NCBI GenBank assembly: GCA_964460805.1
Contig: CAYWPU010000002.1
Location: 18,663-82,662, forward strand
Length of the DNA: 64,000 bases
Direction: 5' to 3'
DNA from: an uncultured Candidatus Saccharibacteria bacterium
GTDB taxonomy: Bacteria > Patescibacteriota > Minisyncoccia > Phycocordibacterales > JACOZG01
Made by a program: the position numbers and the translations under genes. Within the stretch, counting starts at the first letter, position 1; each line of letters starts with the position of its first letter. This document shows positions 54,200 through 63,550 of the stretch, piece by piece. The notes below the pieces were generated by a model. The model was not told the origin of the DNA. It worked only from the letters and a program-made list of their open reading frames with translations, and made no database searches.

Positions 54200-54580
54200 T
54201 TATTTCTTCTCCACCTTCTTACGGCCACTGCCCATAGTCTTGCGGACGTTACCTCGGCGAGTGCGCGAGTTAGTCTTGGTCCGCTGGCCACGGCTAGGCA
54301 ACTTTTTGGCATGCCTGGACCCACGATAGCTCTTGATGTCAATTAAGCGCTTGATGTTCCCCGCTACCTCTCGCTTGAGGTTTCCTTCTGTTTTATATTC
54401 ATCAATAATCCGACGGATAGTGTTCTCCTGGTCAGCGTTCAGGCTCTTGGGCTTCTCGCTATAATCAATCTTGGCGGCATCCAAGATCCGCCGAGCGCGA
54501 CTGCGACCAATGCCATAGATCGTGGTCAAGGCAACCTCGATCCTCTTTTCATCTGGAATGGTGATACCGGAGATGCGCAT
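54200..54580 (-). CDS. rpsM: 30S ribosomal protein S13
   Basis: MRISGITIPDEKRIEVALTTIYGIG... is a canonical uS13. Confidence 0.95.
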   Translation of the reverse strand: MRISGITIPDEKRIEVALTTIYGIGRSRARRILDAAKIDYSEKPKSLNADQENTIRRIIDEYKTEGNLKREVAGNIKRLIDIKSYRGSRHAKKLPSRGQRTKTNSRTRRGNVRKTMGSGRKKVEKK

Positions 54581-54609
54581 GTGTTACTTATTTATATTTA
54601 AGTATTTAC

Positions 54610-54726
54610 TTAGGCCTGCTTCTGCTTATGACTGGGTTTGGTCCGGCACAAGATATAGAGATGGCCGCGGCGGCGGACCATCTGGCAATCGGCACAACGC
54701 TTCTTGATTGACGCGCGGACTTTCAT
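54610..54726 (-). CDS. rpmJ: 50S ribosomal protein L36 (38 aa; not in the ORF track)
   Basis: Hand translation of the - strand gives MKVRASIKKRCADCQMVRRRGHLYILCRTKPSHKQKQA, a canonical C-x2-C-x12-C-x4-H bL36 lying between rpsM and infA. Confidence 0.9.
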   Translation of the reverse strand: MKVRASIKKRCADCQMVRRRGHLYILCRTKPSHKQKQA

Positions 54727-54731
54727 TATTT

Positions 54732-54953
54732 TTACAGTCTTTTAATAATTCGGCCTTTGCCACCATAAGGATCCAGGAGTACTTCCACCCTATCACCCAC
54801 CAGGACCCTGATGCGATGGATCCTCATTTTACCCGACAGATAAGCCAAAATAGCTCTATCAGGTTCCAGGGAAACCTCAAATAAGGTGTTGGGTAAGGCC
54901 TTGACTACAACACCAGAAACCACTTCTCCTTTTTCCATTTTTTGGTTAACCAA
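54732..54953 (-). CDS. infA: Translation initiation factor IF-1
   Basis: S1-like OB fold; GVVVKALPNTLFEVSLE..ILAYLSGKMR is canonical IF-1. Confidence 0.95.
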   Translation of the reverse strand: MVNQKMEKGEVVSGVVVKALPNTLFEVSLEPDRAILAYLSGKMRIHRIRVLVGDRVEVLLDPYGGKGRIIKRL

Positions 54954-54992
54954 GTGAGTGTAGCAGATAAGTAATCTGGGGTCAATAGGGGT

Positions 54993-56279
54993 CTAAACTG
55001 GCAAGAGTTTTATCTGGATCCTAGAGGGATTAACCGGCACTCTGGTTAACCACGGGGGTCGGAACACTACTCGCGCTCGTTCCAGACCCTTAACCTCGTT
55101 CAAGATCTCATTGACCTCATCTTTCTTTACACCCGCAAGCTTGCTGGTAAGCGCAGACACCTCAATCCGTGGCACCAAGTGAGCCGAGCCACGCACTCTG
55201 ATAGTTAAGCTCTCGCTCTCTGCCAAGTTGCCAGCCGGCAGGGGCTCAAACGATACGTCTAAATCAGCCAGATTGCTGATCAAGAGTTCGCTAGCAGCAA
55301 AATTAGCCACCTTAACACCAATTAGCTTATCTGTTAGAGACTGCCGCGGCAACATCAGACCCTGCAAAGTGAGAGCTTCTTTAATCATCACATTATCGCC
55401 ACCAGCACTAACAGACAGATCAGAAACATCTCTGATATCCACTTTGGTCAGATCATCAAATAGAACAAAAGAGGCGGGGATCTTGGCTCTTGCTTCTTTG
55501 AGCATTGCCTCTGTCACTTCGGCCCGCAGGGCCGTCCGGGCGGCTTGTTCATCGGCTGGCAAGACCTTCTTAATCTCTCCTACCGCTCCACCTGTGAAAG
55601 GTGTCTTGGAACGAGCATAGATTTTGTCATAACGCGGATCACCCTTGAGTCCGGGGATGGTGAAATCCGTGGCCTCGCCGTTACCCTCCACACCCGGAAC
55701 ATCAGCATACACAGTCACCTCTAGAGAGCCTGGCGTGCTTTTGCCAGCAATGGTCTGGATACCAGGCACATTCACCGCTTCCCGAATCCGGTAGATCTTG
55801 CCATTTTTAGCCTGGAAGCGCGTATTGGCAATGAGACGTTGAGACTCTTTGCTGTAATTATTATAAATAACAATAGTGCCAGAGGCTGGGCGATTTACCT
55901 TCTCCATACCAGAAGCTTTCACTGTTTTGCTCCCTGTCTGACTAGGCAAAGTGATGACATCAAAGCCGAGTCCAGAGCCATCGCGCGATAACTTGATCGT
56001 CTCATCCAGCACAATATCCACCGGTGCCGGGGTCAGCTCGATTGATACACGAGCCAGCACCCGCGTAGAGGCATAACCCAGCACAGCAAGCAACACCAGA
56101 GCCAGCACAGTCCACACCGGCCAGCCCCAGCGTCCTTGTTTGCGCTGATGATACTCGCTGGGTACGCGCATTGCCTCTGACGGAGGAGGTGGCAGAGGTG
56201 GAACAGCACTCTCGTGCTTAGGCGGCAAGATATCGCGGAGACTTTTCCTCTTCACTTTAATTTCTTGAAATTTGGCCAT
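54993..56279 (-). CDS. Hypothetical membrane-anchored protein (428 aa) with a Pro-rich cytoplasmic N-terminus
   Basis: N-terminal Lys/Pro-rich segment, a single TM helix and a ~350-aa beta-rich extracytoplasmic region. No family recognised. Confidence 0.55.
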   Translation of the reverse strand: MAKFQEIKVKRKSLRDILPPKHESAVPPLPPPPSEAMRVPSEYHQRKQGRWGWPVWTVLALVLLAVLGYASTRVLARVSIELTPAPVDIVLDETIKLSRDGSGLGFDVITLPSQTGSKTVKASGMEKVNRPASGTIVIYNNYSKESQRLIANTRFQAKNGKIYRIREAVNVPGIQTIAGKSTPGSLEVTVYADVPGVEGNGEATDFTIPGLKGDPRYDKIYARSKTPFTGGAVGEIKKVLPADEQAARTALRAEVTEAMLKEARAKIPASFVLFDDLTKVDIRDVSDLSVSAGGDNVMIKEALTLQGLMLPRQSLTDKLIGVKVANFAASELLISNLADLDVSFEPLPAGNLAESESLTIRVRGSAHLVPRIEVSALTSKLAGVKKDEVNEILNEVKGLERARVVFRPPWLTRVPVNPSRIQIKLLPV

Positions 56280-56285
56280 GAGTAT

Positions 56286-57350
56286 TTATATTAACATAAA
56301 AGCGCTATCCACCAAGAGTGGCAAGGCTACTCTGGCGACACTAGAGTCTACTAACGCGCCTAGATCTCCAGACTGCAGCAATTTTACCTCCACGCGACGG
56401 GAACTGAAAACGCTTCTATCCGGAATAGTCGTCTGCAAAATACGGAGGAAAACCGGCGCCAGACTATCGTCTTCGGCAATCAATGCAATCTCGCCAGACC
56501 AAAAGCGGTGACGGAGAATGTTGAGAATACTGCGCTCCAGCTCGTCCAACCAGGCCAGTTGCGCTGGCGAAATATTTTTAGCGACCTGTTCGTCCAGAGT
56601 AGCGCGTGCCACTGCCGGAGCAATACCATGTTTGGTTGCCTTCTCGCGGAGCAGACTATGCGAGCCAAGAGGATAAGAAAGCGTCTCCCAGATCACATTC
56701 TGCCAGACCAGAGCCAGCTCACTGAGCTCGGCGCTAATATCTAAGATCAAAAAGCTCTGACTAGCTGGCCGCAAATGCCTCAAGACTAGGAAAGAAGCAA
56801 AGCTGGCCGAGTGGAATTCTATCTTCTCGCGAGTGTGGTGAAAAGCATTCTGCACCAATTCCGCCAACTTCTCTACCAATGCGCGTGGAGCCAAGCTCAG
56901 ATAATGGGCCACTTCTAATTCACTAGCTCTCTGACCATGCGGCGCGGCAACCTCATAACCATTGAGAGTAAAGCGCATGATCTTGCTGTCTATTACGGTG
57001 TGCTGAGTATCAGCTTTCAGTTTAACCTGCTCAGTAGCAATCAGATCTGCAATCAGTTTTTCTGTAACCTTAAACGGCTTCTCGGCGTTCTGTTTAAGCA
57101 AATTAAGCCGTCCCGCAACAAAAGGCGAAGAGAGAAAAACAGCCACGCGCGCAGGCGAGCCGAGCTTGGCGCTGGACAAGCTTTGCACCACAGCACGGAA
57201 GGCTTCTGCAATAGTCTGAGAAAAAATCTGCGGGTCTAACTTCTCCTGGAAGCGGCACTCTTGTTCCGTAGCAAAAACAATTTTTCTGCCACTTAAAAGA
57301 GCGCCAGACACAGTACCACTCCCCACATGCACCACAGCAATAAGCGACAT
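56286..57350 (-). CDS. Hypothetical protein, possibly actin-like (ASKHA) ATPase fold (PilM/FtsA-like?)
   Basis: N-terminus MSLIAVVHVGSGTVSGALL resembles the phosphate-1 strand-loop of ASKHA proteins; weak. Confidence 0.4.
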   Translation of the reverse strand: MSLIAVVHVGSGTVSGALLSGRKIVFATEQECRFQEKLDPQIFSQTIAEAFRAVVQSLSSAKLGSPARVAVFLSSPFVAGRLNLLKQNAEKPFKVTEKLIADLIATEQVKLKADTQHTVIDSKIMRFTLNGYEVAAPHGQRASELEVAHYLSLAPRALVEKLAELVQNAFHHTREKIEFHSASFASFLVLRHLRPASQSFLILDISAELSELALVWQNVIWETLSYPLGSHSLLREKATKHGIAPAVARATLDEQVAKNISPAQLAWLDELERSILNILRHRFWSGEIALIAEDDSLAPVFLRILQTTIPDRSVFSSRRVEVKLLQSGDLGALVDSSVARVALPLLVDSAFMLI

Positions 57351-57375
57351 GTGTAAAATTATAACACAGAGACTA

Positions 57376-59121
57376 CTATTCCAACACCGCTTTTATCCTC
57401 CGTACTCCAGCCGCCACGGCTTCTTCTTTCAAGATTTTAAAATTCCCTTTCAGTTCGCCCGTATTAGCCACATGCGGACCGCCGCAGAACTCTTTAGAAT
57501 ACGCGTTTTCCAAATTATCACCAATAAAATACACACTCACCTGCTCGCCGTATTTATCGCCAAAGAACATCCGCGCGCCGGTTTTCTCTGCTTCTACTCT
57601 TGGCAAAACAATATTCCGTACGGGTAAACTCTCTTGAATTTTCTGATTCACAATTTCTTCTACTTTTCTCTTTTCTTCTTCTGTCATCTTCGCTCCGTGC
57701 GCAAAGTCAAAGCGCAGGCGTTCGTCCGTGATATTGCTCCCCTTCTGCGCCACGTGCCCGCCCAGCACGTCGTGTAGCGCCTGGTGCAAGAGATGTGTGG
57801 CCGTGTGATATTGCAACACCTTCTCACTAGTCCCCGCCAAGCCGCCTTTAAACTTTTGCTCAGCACCAGCGCGGGATAATTCCTGATGCTTTCTCATCTC
57901 CTCGTTAAATTTCTCTTCGTCAATTTTCTGGTCTTTCTCTTGCGCTAATTCTCTTGTCAGCTCAACCGGGAAGCCGTAGCTCGTCCATAGCTCAAATGCC
58001 CCAGCTCCCTGATCAAATCTCTTCTTGCCCTCCGTAATAGTCTTCAAAAATTTCTCCTCTTCGCTACGGAAAACTTCACGAATTTTATCTTTGTCCAAAT
58101 TGTGATAAACAGAAGCATAAGCTCGGCAATACCACTCAATAATTTTTGTCCCCGCTAGAGCCGGCAACATTATTACATTCATCTTGAACATCGCCCGACG
58201 GACCAGTCGCCGTAAAACGTAACCAGCATCTTTGTTCCCCGGCGTTATCCCGTCGGCGATTATAAAAACTGAGGTACGCAAGTGATCAGCAATTATCCTC
58301 GCGTCTCGCAGATTATAGTTTTGAGCTTCTGCCTTGATAATTTCCATCACTGGCGCAAATAAATCGGTTTCAAAAATATTATCTTTGCCTTGTAAGACCA
58401 TTGCCAAGCGCTCCAAGCCAGCGCCAGTGTCCACATTTTTCTGCTTCAGTTTGCCAATAACTTTATTATCGCGCTTCTCGTACTCCATAAAGACGTCATT
58501 CCAGATCTCAATCACGCGCTGTTCGCCGTCTGCTTTTAAGAAATCTTCTTTAGTCTTGATCTCGCCCTGTTCTGGACGCAAATCATAAAACATCTCTGTA
58601 TCCGGGCCGCAAGGGCCGTTCGGCCCCGGACTCCACCAGTTAGATTTAGCTGGCAAGAAATAAATCCGCTCTTCCGGCACGCCCAAGCTTTTCCAAATTC
58701 TGGCAGATTCTTCATCTCTCGGCGCGTTTTCGTCACCCGCAAAGCAGGTTACATATAATCTATCTGGTTCAAGACCAAAACCTTCCTCTTTACTTGTCAA
58801 TAATTCATAACTCCACCTGATCGCTTCTTCTTTAAAATAATCACCCAGTGACCAGTTTCCCAGCATTTCAAAAAAAGTATCGTGAGTATTATCGCCCACC
58901 TCTTCAATATCCTGCGTCCGCACGCACTTCTGCACGTTCACCAGTCTATTGCCAGCCGGATATTTCTGCCCGAGCAAATAAGGCACGAGCGGCTGCATGC
59001 CAGCAGTATTAAAGAGCACAGAGGGATCATTTTCCGGCACAAGTGAAGCAGACGGAATAACCACGTGTCCACGTTTTTCAAAAAAAGCCAAAAAGCGCCG
59101 TCTGATTTCCCCAGATTCCAT
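57376..59121 (-). CDS. alaS: Alanyl-tRNA synthetase, short form (catalytic, tRNA-recognition and editing-core regions; C-terminal C-Ala domain absent)
   Basis: Canonical AlaRS N-terminus (FLAFFEKRGH, FNTAGMQ) and the editing-site HxxxH motif (HTATHLLH). Ends at 581 aa. Confidence 0.9.
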   Translation of the reverse strand: MESGEIRRRFLAFFEKRGHVVIPSASLVPENDPSVLFNTAGMQPLVPYLLGQKYPAGNRLVNVQKCVRTQDIEEVGDNTHDTFFEMLGNWSLGDYFKEEAIRWSYELLTSKEEGFGLEPDRLYVTCFAGDENAPRDEESARIWKSLGVPEERIYFLPAKSNWWSPGPNGPCGPDTEMFYDLRPEQGEIKTKEDFLKADGEQRVIEIWNDVFMEYEKRDNKVIGKLKQKNVDTGAGLERLAMVLQGKDNIFETDLFAPVMEIIKAEAQNYNLRDARIIADHLRTSVFIIADGITPGNKDAGYVLRRLVRRAMFKMNVIMLPALAGTKIIEWYCRAYASVYHNLDKDKIREVFRSEEEKFLKTITEGKKRFDQGAGAFELWTSYGFPVELTRELAQEKDQKIDEEKFNEEMRKHQELSRAGAEQKFKGGLAGTSEKVLQYHTATHLLHQALHDVLGGHVAQKGSNITDERLRFDFAHGAKMTEEEKRKVEEIVNQKIQESLPVRNIVLPRVEAEKTGARMFFGDKYGEQVSVYFIGDNLENAYSKEFCGGPHVANTGELKGNFKILKEEAVAAGVRRIKAVLE

Positions 59122-59177
59122 ATTTATTATTTATTCCGATGATTTACTTGCTCCCACTCTAGCAGAATTCAGAGACA

Positions 59178-59204
59178 GAAAAAAGCCCCGCTTAGGTGGG
59201 GGCT
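59178..59204 (-). terminator. Intrinsic terminator after the ClpP-like gene (- strand)
   Basis: The reverse complement reads agcccc-9nt-ggggct-TTTTTTCT; the stem includes the stop codon. Confidence 0.5.
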
Positions 59205-59740
59205 TTGGTATCATCAACTGTGGCGGTGCTAAAATCGTCTAGTCCAGTGGCAATGCCAAGTTCCAGTGCTTCCTTGGCAGAAATGGAAGCTTCGTCCTTC
59301 ATCAATTCCCAGGCTCGTTCTTCCGAGCATTTGGTCAGAGCTACAATCATCTCCACCAACTTCCGCTTCTTGAAAGTGCCCGGCCTCAAACTGAGCTTGC
59401 GCTCAAATCCTACATCATTCTGTTCACCAAATGTAGCGACCTGAGAATGGAACAAAATCAATGCTCCAGGACCCATAATCCGTTCCTGGCCACTCAGGAA
59501 CACGGGCAAGAGAGCCGGTTCCAGTGTACCGTAGACACAGGTGTTCATCCTCAGACCAAATCTCTTGGCCACTCCAGCAAAAGTGAAACCGATATCAACG
59601 TGTCCACCGTTAGAGTCCAGCACCAGATTGATTCTCTCGTCCCTTCCCTCTTTGAGGATCTCGCCAATCTGCTTCGCTACTTGACCAAAACCCTCCCGAT
59701 TAGCCGGACCAACCCAAAAGACCATGTGTGGAGTATGCAT
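59192..59740 (-). CDS. ClpP/crotonase-fold protein: ClpP homolog with a substituted catalytic Ser (ClpR-like, probably non-proteolytic)
   Basis: Hand-aligns to ClpP: LDSNGG vs INSPGG. The GQAASMG position reads GTLEPAL (Ser to Glu). The His position is retained (LFHSQ). Confidence 0.6.
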   Translation of the reverse strand: MHTPHMVFWVGPANREGFGQVAKQIGEILKEGRDERINLVLDSNGGHVDIGFTFAGVAKRFGLRMNTCVYGTLEPALLPVFLSGQERIMGPGALILFHSQVATFGEQNDVGFERKLSLRPGTFKKRKLVEMIVALTKCSEERAWELMKDEASISAKEALELGIATGLDDFSTATVDDTKAPT

Positions 59741-59889
59741 TTCTTGTTCCTTTCTTTCCCCAGCTTTCTCAAAAATCTAAGCCAGACTACGCATCTGGCA
59801 CTGTTTAGTATTGTATCACATCCAAATAAATAATGCAAGATGCGGGAAATTATTGCTTTAATCGCGCCAGCTTGTGCTAGAATAGCCAA

Positions 59890-60570
59890 ATGGAAAACAC
59901 AAAATTATCTGCTCCCGTAGCCATTATCATTGCCGGTGTGATTATCGCCGGCGCCGTGCTCTATAGCAACCGCGCACCAAGCGCCAATCCTCCAAGCGCT
60001 CCCGCCAAGCCGGAGATCAAGTTTGAGGAACTCGCGCCGCTCTCGGCCAGCGACCATGTCCGCGGCAATCCCAATGCAGAGGTAGTCATTTTAGAATATT
60101 CTGACTTAGAGTGCCCTTTCTGCAAGAACTTCCACCAGACGATGTTGCAAGTGATGGAGACTTATGGCGACAAAGTAGCCTGGGTCTACCGGCATAATCC
60201 TCTCCAGATCCACCCCAAGGCGCAGGCCGAGGCTGAGGCCGCCGAGTGCGTGGCTGAGCTGGGTGGCGAGGACAAATTCTGGCAATATCTAGACGCGATC
60301 TTTGCCGTAACGCCCTCAAATAATGGTCTGGATCTCGCTCAGTTACCAGTGCTAGCCGAATCAGTAGGCGTTGAACGTGCGGCTTTTGAGACTTGCATGG
60401 CTAGCGGCCAGCACAAAGCACGGATAGACGCCGATGCCAATAGCGCGATTGCCGCGGGCGGTGGCTATACGCCGTTTAGCATTATGATCACCAAAGATGG
60501 CCCGGCAGAGCTGGGCGGAGCGGTCCCTTTTGACCAACTGAAGTTGAAGCTAGACGAAGCGTTAAAATAA
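59890..60570 (+). CDS. DsbA-family thiol:disulfide oxidoreductase (membrane-anchored)
   Basis: N-terminal TM helix; thioredoxin-fold CPFC active site in LEYSDLECPFCKNFH. Confidence 0.8.
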   Translation: MENTKLSAPVAIIIAGVIIAGAVLYSNRAPSANPPSAPAKPEIKFEELAPLSASDHVRGNPNAEVVILEYSDLECPFCKNFHQTMLQVMETYGDKVAWVYRHNPLQIHPKAQAEAEAAECVAELGGEDKFWQYLDAIFAVTPSNNGLDLAQLPVLAESVGVERAAFETCMASGQHKARIDADANSAIAAGGGYTPFSIMITKDGPAELGGAVPFDQLKLKLDEALK

Positions 60571-60595
60571 GTTAGCTTTGCTTCTTTAGACAAAC

Positions 60596-60630
60596 AACAA
60601 AAACCACAACAAATGTTGTGGTTTTTTTAA
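60596..60630. terminator. Bidirectional intrinsic terminator
   Basis: aaaccacaac-aaat-gttgtggttt, flanked by A- and T-runs. Confidence 0.7.
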
Positions 60631-60653
60631 ATTATTATTTTACAGCCCTCAAA

Positions 60654-61886
60654 TTAATATCCCATCAATTTCTTCGCCTTATCGTGCTGGCGGATCTTCT
60701 CGTGCGCCTTGGCCTCAATCTGCCGGATGCGCTCGCGGGTAACACCGAACTCTTGTCCCACCTCCTCCAGCGTCCGCATGACACCGTCCGTGAGACCGTG
60801 ACGCATTTCTAATATTTTCCGCTCTTTGTCAGAGAGGTCAGACAAGATCTCTCTGATCTGGTCACGCAGGATGCGCTGGGAGGAGTTTTTGTCTGGCGCG
60901 GCAATCTTTTGATCTGGGATAAACTCACCCAAAGTAGAGCGTTCTTCGTCGCTATTAGTGGGCTTATCTAGCGAAGTCGTAGCCTGGTCAATCTGTTCAA
61001 TAGTGTAGACCTTCTCAATATCCACGCCCATCTCCGTGGCAATCTCGGCTGAGAGCGGCTCACGGCCCAAGTCTTGCGTTAAGCGCCGGACAACTTGTTT
61101 GTACTTAGCAATCGTCTCCACCATGTGGACGGGGATTCTGATTGTCCTGGACTGGTCAGCCAGCGCGCGGGTCACCGCCTGGCGGATCCACCAGGTTGCG
61201 TAAGTAGAGAACTTGTAGCCGCGCGTCCAGTCAAATTTCTCTACGGCTTTAAAGAGACCCAGATTACCTTCTTGGATTAAATCTAAGAGTGTGAGATCAG
61301 AACTGCGGCCAATATAGCGCTTGGCAATAGAGACAACCAAGCGCAAGTTGGCATGAGCAAGCGCCTTCTTGGCCTCCTCATCACCCGCCAGGATCCGCCT
61401 CGCCAGTTCCCGTTCATCTGCTGCCGAGATCAATTTATATTTACCAATTTCTTTCAAATACATCTGCACCGAGTCTAGCGAGCTGCCAGCCACTTTTTCT
61501 AGGATTTTTGACTCATCCACCTCCTCCAGCAAGCCACCCTCCTCCAACACATCCACACCCGAGGCCTCAAAGCGGTCATAGATCTCATCCAGCAACGTGA
61601 GATTAGTCTCAATCGCCGGGAACTCCTTCAATAATTCAGCATAAGTGATAAATCCTCGTCCGCGTCCCTTCTGTAATAGTCTCTCAATCTTCTGCTCGTT
61701 CTGCTCCCGTTCACGTTGCGCGCTGGTTTGCGCTGGTTTAGAGCCCTTCTTCTTTATTACTTTTTTGCTAGCAACTTTAGCAAGCTTTTTAACTATTTTC
61801 TTCGCTTTAGCTTTGCCTGGAGATTTTGATTTTTTGCTCACCGCCTTCTGCGCCACTTTCTTCTTTTTCTTGATATTTTTTGCCAT
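60654..61886 (-). CDS. rpoD: RNA polymerase sigma factor RpoD (sigma-70) with a Lys/Ala-rich histone-like N-terminal tail
   Basis: Regions 2-4 conserved (..[14 protein letters not shown].., -35 HTH). The first ~55 aa are KKKKK/AK repeats. Confidence 0.95.
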   Translation of the reverse strand: MAKNIKKKKKVAQKAVSKKSKSPGKAKAKKIVKKLAKVASKKVIKKKGSKPAQTSAQREREQNEQKIERLLQKGRGRGFITYAELLKEFPAIETNLTLLDEIYDRFEASGVDVLEEGGLLEEVDESKILEKVAGSSLDSVQMYLKEIGKYKLISAADERELARRILAGDEEAKKALAHANLRLVVSIAKRYIGRSSDLTLLDLIQEGNLGLFKAVEKFDWTRGYKFSTYATWWIRQAVTRALADQSRTIRIPVHMVETIAKYKQVVRRLTQDLGREPLSAEIATEMGVDIEKVYTIEQIDQATTSLDKPTNSDEERSTLGEFIPDQKIAAPDKNSSQRILRDQIREILSDLSDKERKILEMRHGLTDGVMRTLEEVGQEFGVTRERIRQIEAKAHEKIRQHDKAKKLMGY

Positions 61887-61891
61887 AAATT

Positions 61892-63550
61892 TTACTTTTT
61901 ATTTTTTAAATCACTAATCTTTTTGTATAAAATATTCAACTGCTCCAAACATTCCTGCGCTAGTTTATCTTCTTTCTCATATTCCGCTCTGCCAAGACGA
62001 AAGCGCAAATCTTTCACCTCCTCCTGCCAGAGCTCCAGTTGCCAGTTCCGGTACAGCTCAGTTGCCTCTTGTTCCAGATTAGCCTGATCCATGCCAGCAT
62101 ATGCTAACTCTGCCGCCTGCGTCAACTCGTTCCGCCTCGGCTCAAGCGCTGAGCAGATCTCCACTCCAGACTCCAGCTCTACCCCTCGCCACCAGGCCAA
62201 GCCGCAGAGCCGTTCCAGTATCTTTTCCCCTTTGCTGGCCCGCACCGGCGCAGGAGCACTAGTAGCAGTCACTTCTTGCTGAACTGGTAAAGCGCGCAAT
62301 TTCTCTCTAATGCTGTTCTCCGATAACTGAGTGAGTAGCGCAATCTTAGCGAGATAATGATCACGATCATGCGCGTTGGGTAAGCGCGCTAGATAAGGAT
62401 ATACCTCCTCTTCAATCTTGTGGATCAGTGCGAGTTTCTCGCCTCCCTCGCCGCTCAAGCGCTTGAGTAAGAAGTCAATTGCAGGCAAGGCCGAGTCCAG
62501 CACCTCCTGCCAGAGCGCGAGGTCGCGCTGGATCAAGTCTGCCGGATCGGTTCCGTCTGGCAAATCTAGTAATCTAACACTGAGATCGTTCTCCAACGCT
62601 AGGGCAATACTCCGCCGTGCAGCATTAACACCAGCCGAGTCGCCGTCAAAGGCCATCGCCACGTTGTTCGTCAAGCGTTTTACAAGCGCGAGATGTTCAG
62701 CCGTGAGTGCTGTACCCGATACCGCTACAGCATTCTCTGTTCCAGTTTGGTGGGCCAAGATCAGATCCAAGTGGCCCTCTACAATGACCGCCAGATCAGC
62801 GCGGCGGATGGCCGATTTGGCACGATCAAAGCCGTAGAGAATTTTGCTCTTGTGATACAGCTCTGTCTCTGGGCTATTGATGTACTTGCCAGATTGCTCG
62901 TCTGCTTGGCCAAAGATGCGCCCAGAGAAGCCGACCACGCGGCCACCGGTATCGGAAATTGGAAAAATAATCCTTGAGCGGAAGCGATCGTAGAGCTGGC
63001 CACTCTTGGATGAACGCAGTGCCAGACCAGCTTTAATCATTAGATCATCGCTGTAGCGCTTGGTCCGGAGGTGCCCGCACAAGTTCTGCCAGCCAGCGGG
63101 TGCAAAGCCGAGCCGGAAGCTCTTGATCGTCTCCGGCTTCAATCCCCGGCTCAATAGATAATCCCGCGCCGCCGAGTTGCTTGCCAATTCGCTCTCGTAA
63201 TAATCCCGCGCTTGCTCTAGTACTCTGTACAAGAGCGCTTTTTCAGAATTATCAACTCTGGCACCGTGAGACTCCAGTGTGACTCCCGCGCGCTCGGCCA
63301 GCAATTTGAGAGCGCCAAGAAAGTCCAGACCCTCTACCTCTTCCACAAAGCTGATGATATCTCCGCCGCGATTACAGCCAAAGCAGTGATAAGTCTGCCG
63401 CGTGGGTGAGACAAAGAACGAGGGGGTCTTTTCGTTATGGAACGGGCAACGAGCCTTCCAACTTGTGCCCGCTTTCTCTAGTTTAAGGTAGTTAGAGACC
63501 ACCTCGACAATGCCGAGTTTAGCCTTGATCTGCTCTACCGCTGATGACAT
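61892..63550 (-). CDS. dnaG: DNA primase DnaG
   Basis: Zinc-binding [11 protein letters not shown]...HCFGC, Toprim domain, C-terminal helicase-interaction region. Confidence 0.95.
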   Translation of the reverse strand: MSSAVEQIKAKLGIVEVVSNYLKLEKAGTSWKARCPFHNEKTPSFFVSPTRQTYHCFGCNRGGDIISFVEEVEGLDFLGALKLLAERAGVTLESHGARVDNSEKALLYRVLEQARDYYESELASNSAARDYLLSRGLKPETIKSFRLGFAPAGWQNLCGHLRTKRYSDDLMIKAGLALRSSKSGQLYDRFRSRIIFPISDTGGRVVGFSGRIFGQADEQSGKYINSPETELYHKSKILYGFDRAKSAIRRADLAVIVEGHLDLILAHQTGTENAVAVSGTALTAEHLALVKRLTNNVAMAFDGDSAGVNAARRSIALALENDLSVRLLDLPDGTDPADLIQRDLALWQEVLDSALPAIDFLLKRLSGEGGEKLALIHKIEEEVYPYLARLPNAHDRDHYLAKIALLTQLSENSIREKLRALPVQQEVTATSAPAPVRASKGEKILERLCGLAWWRGVELESGVEICSALEPRRNELTQAAELAYAGMDQANLEQEATELYRNWQLELWQEEVKDLRFRLGRAEYEKEDKLAQECLEQLNILYKKISDLKNKK

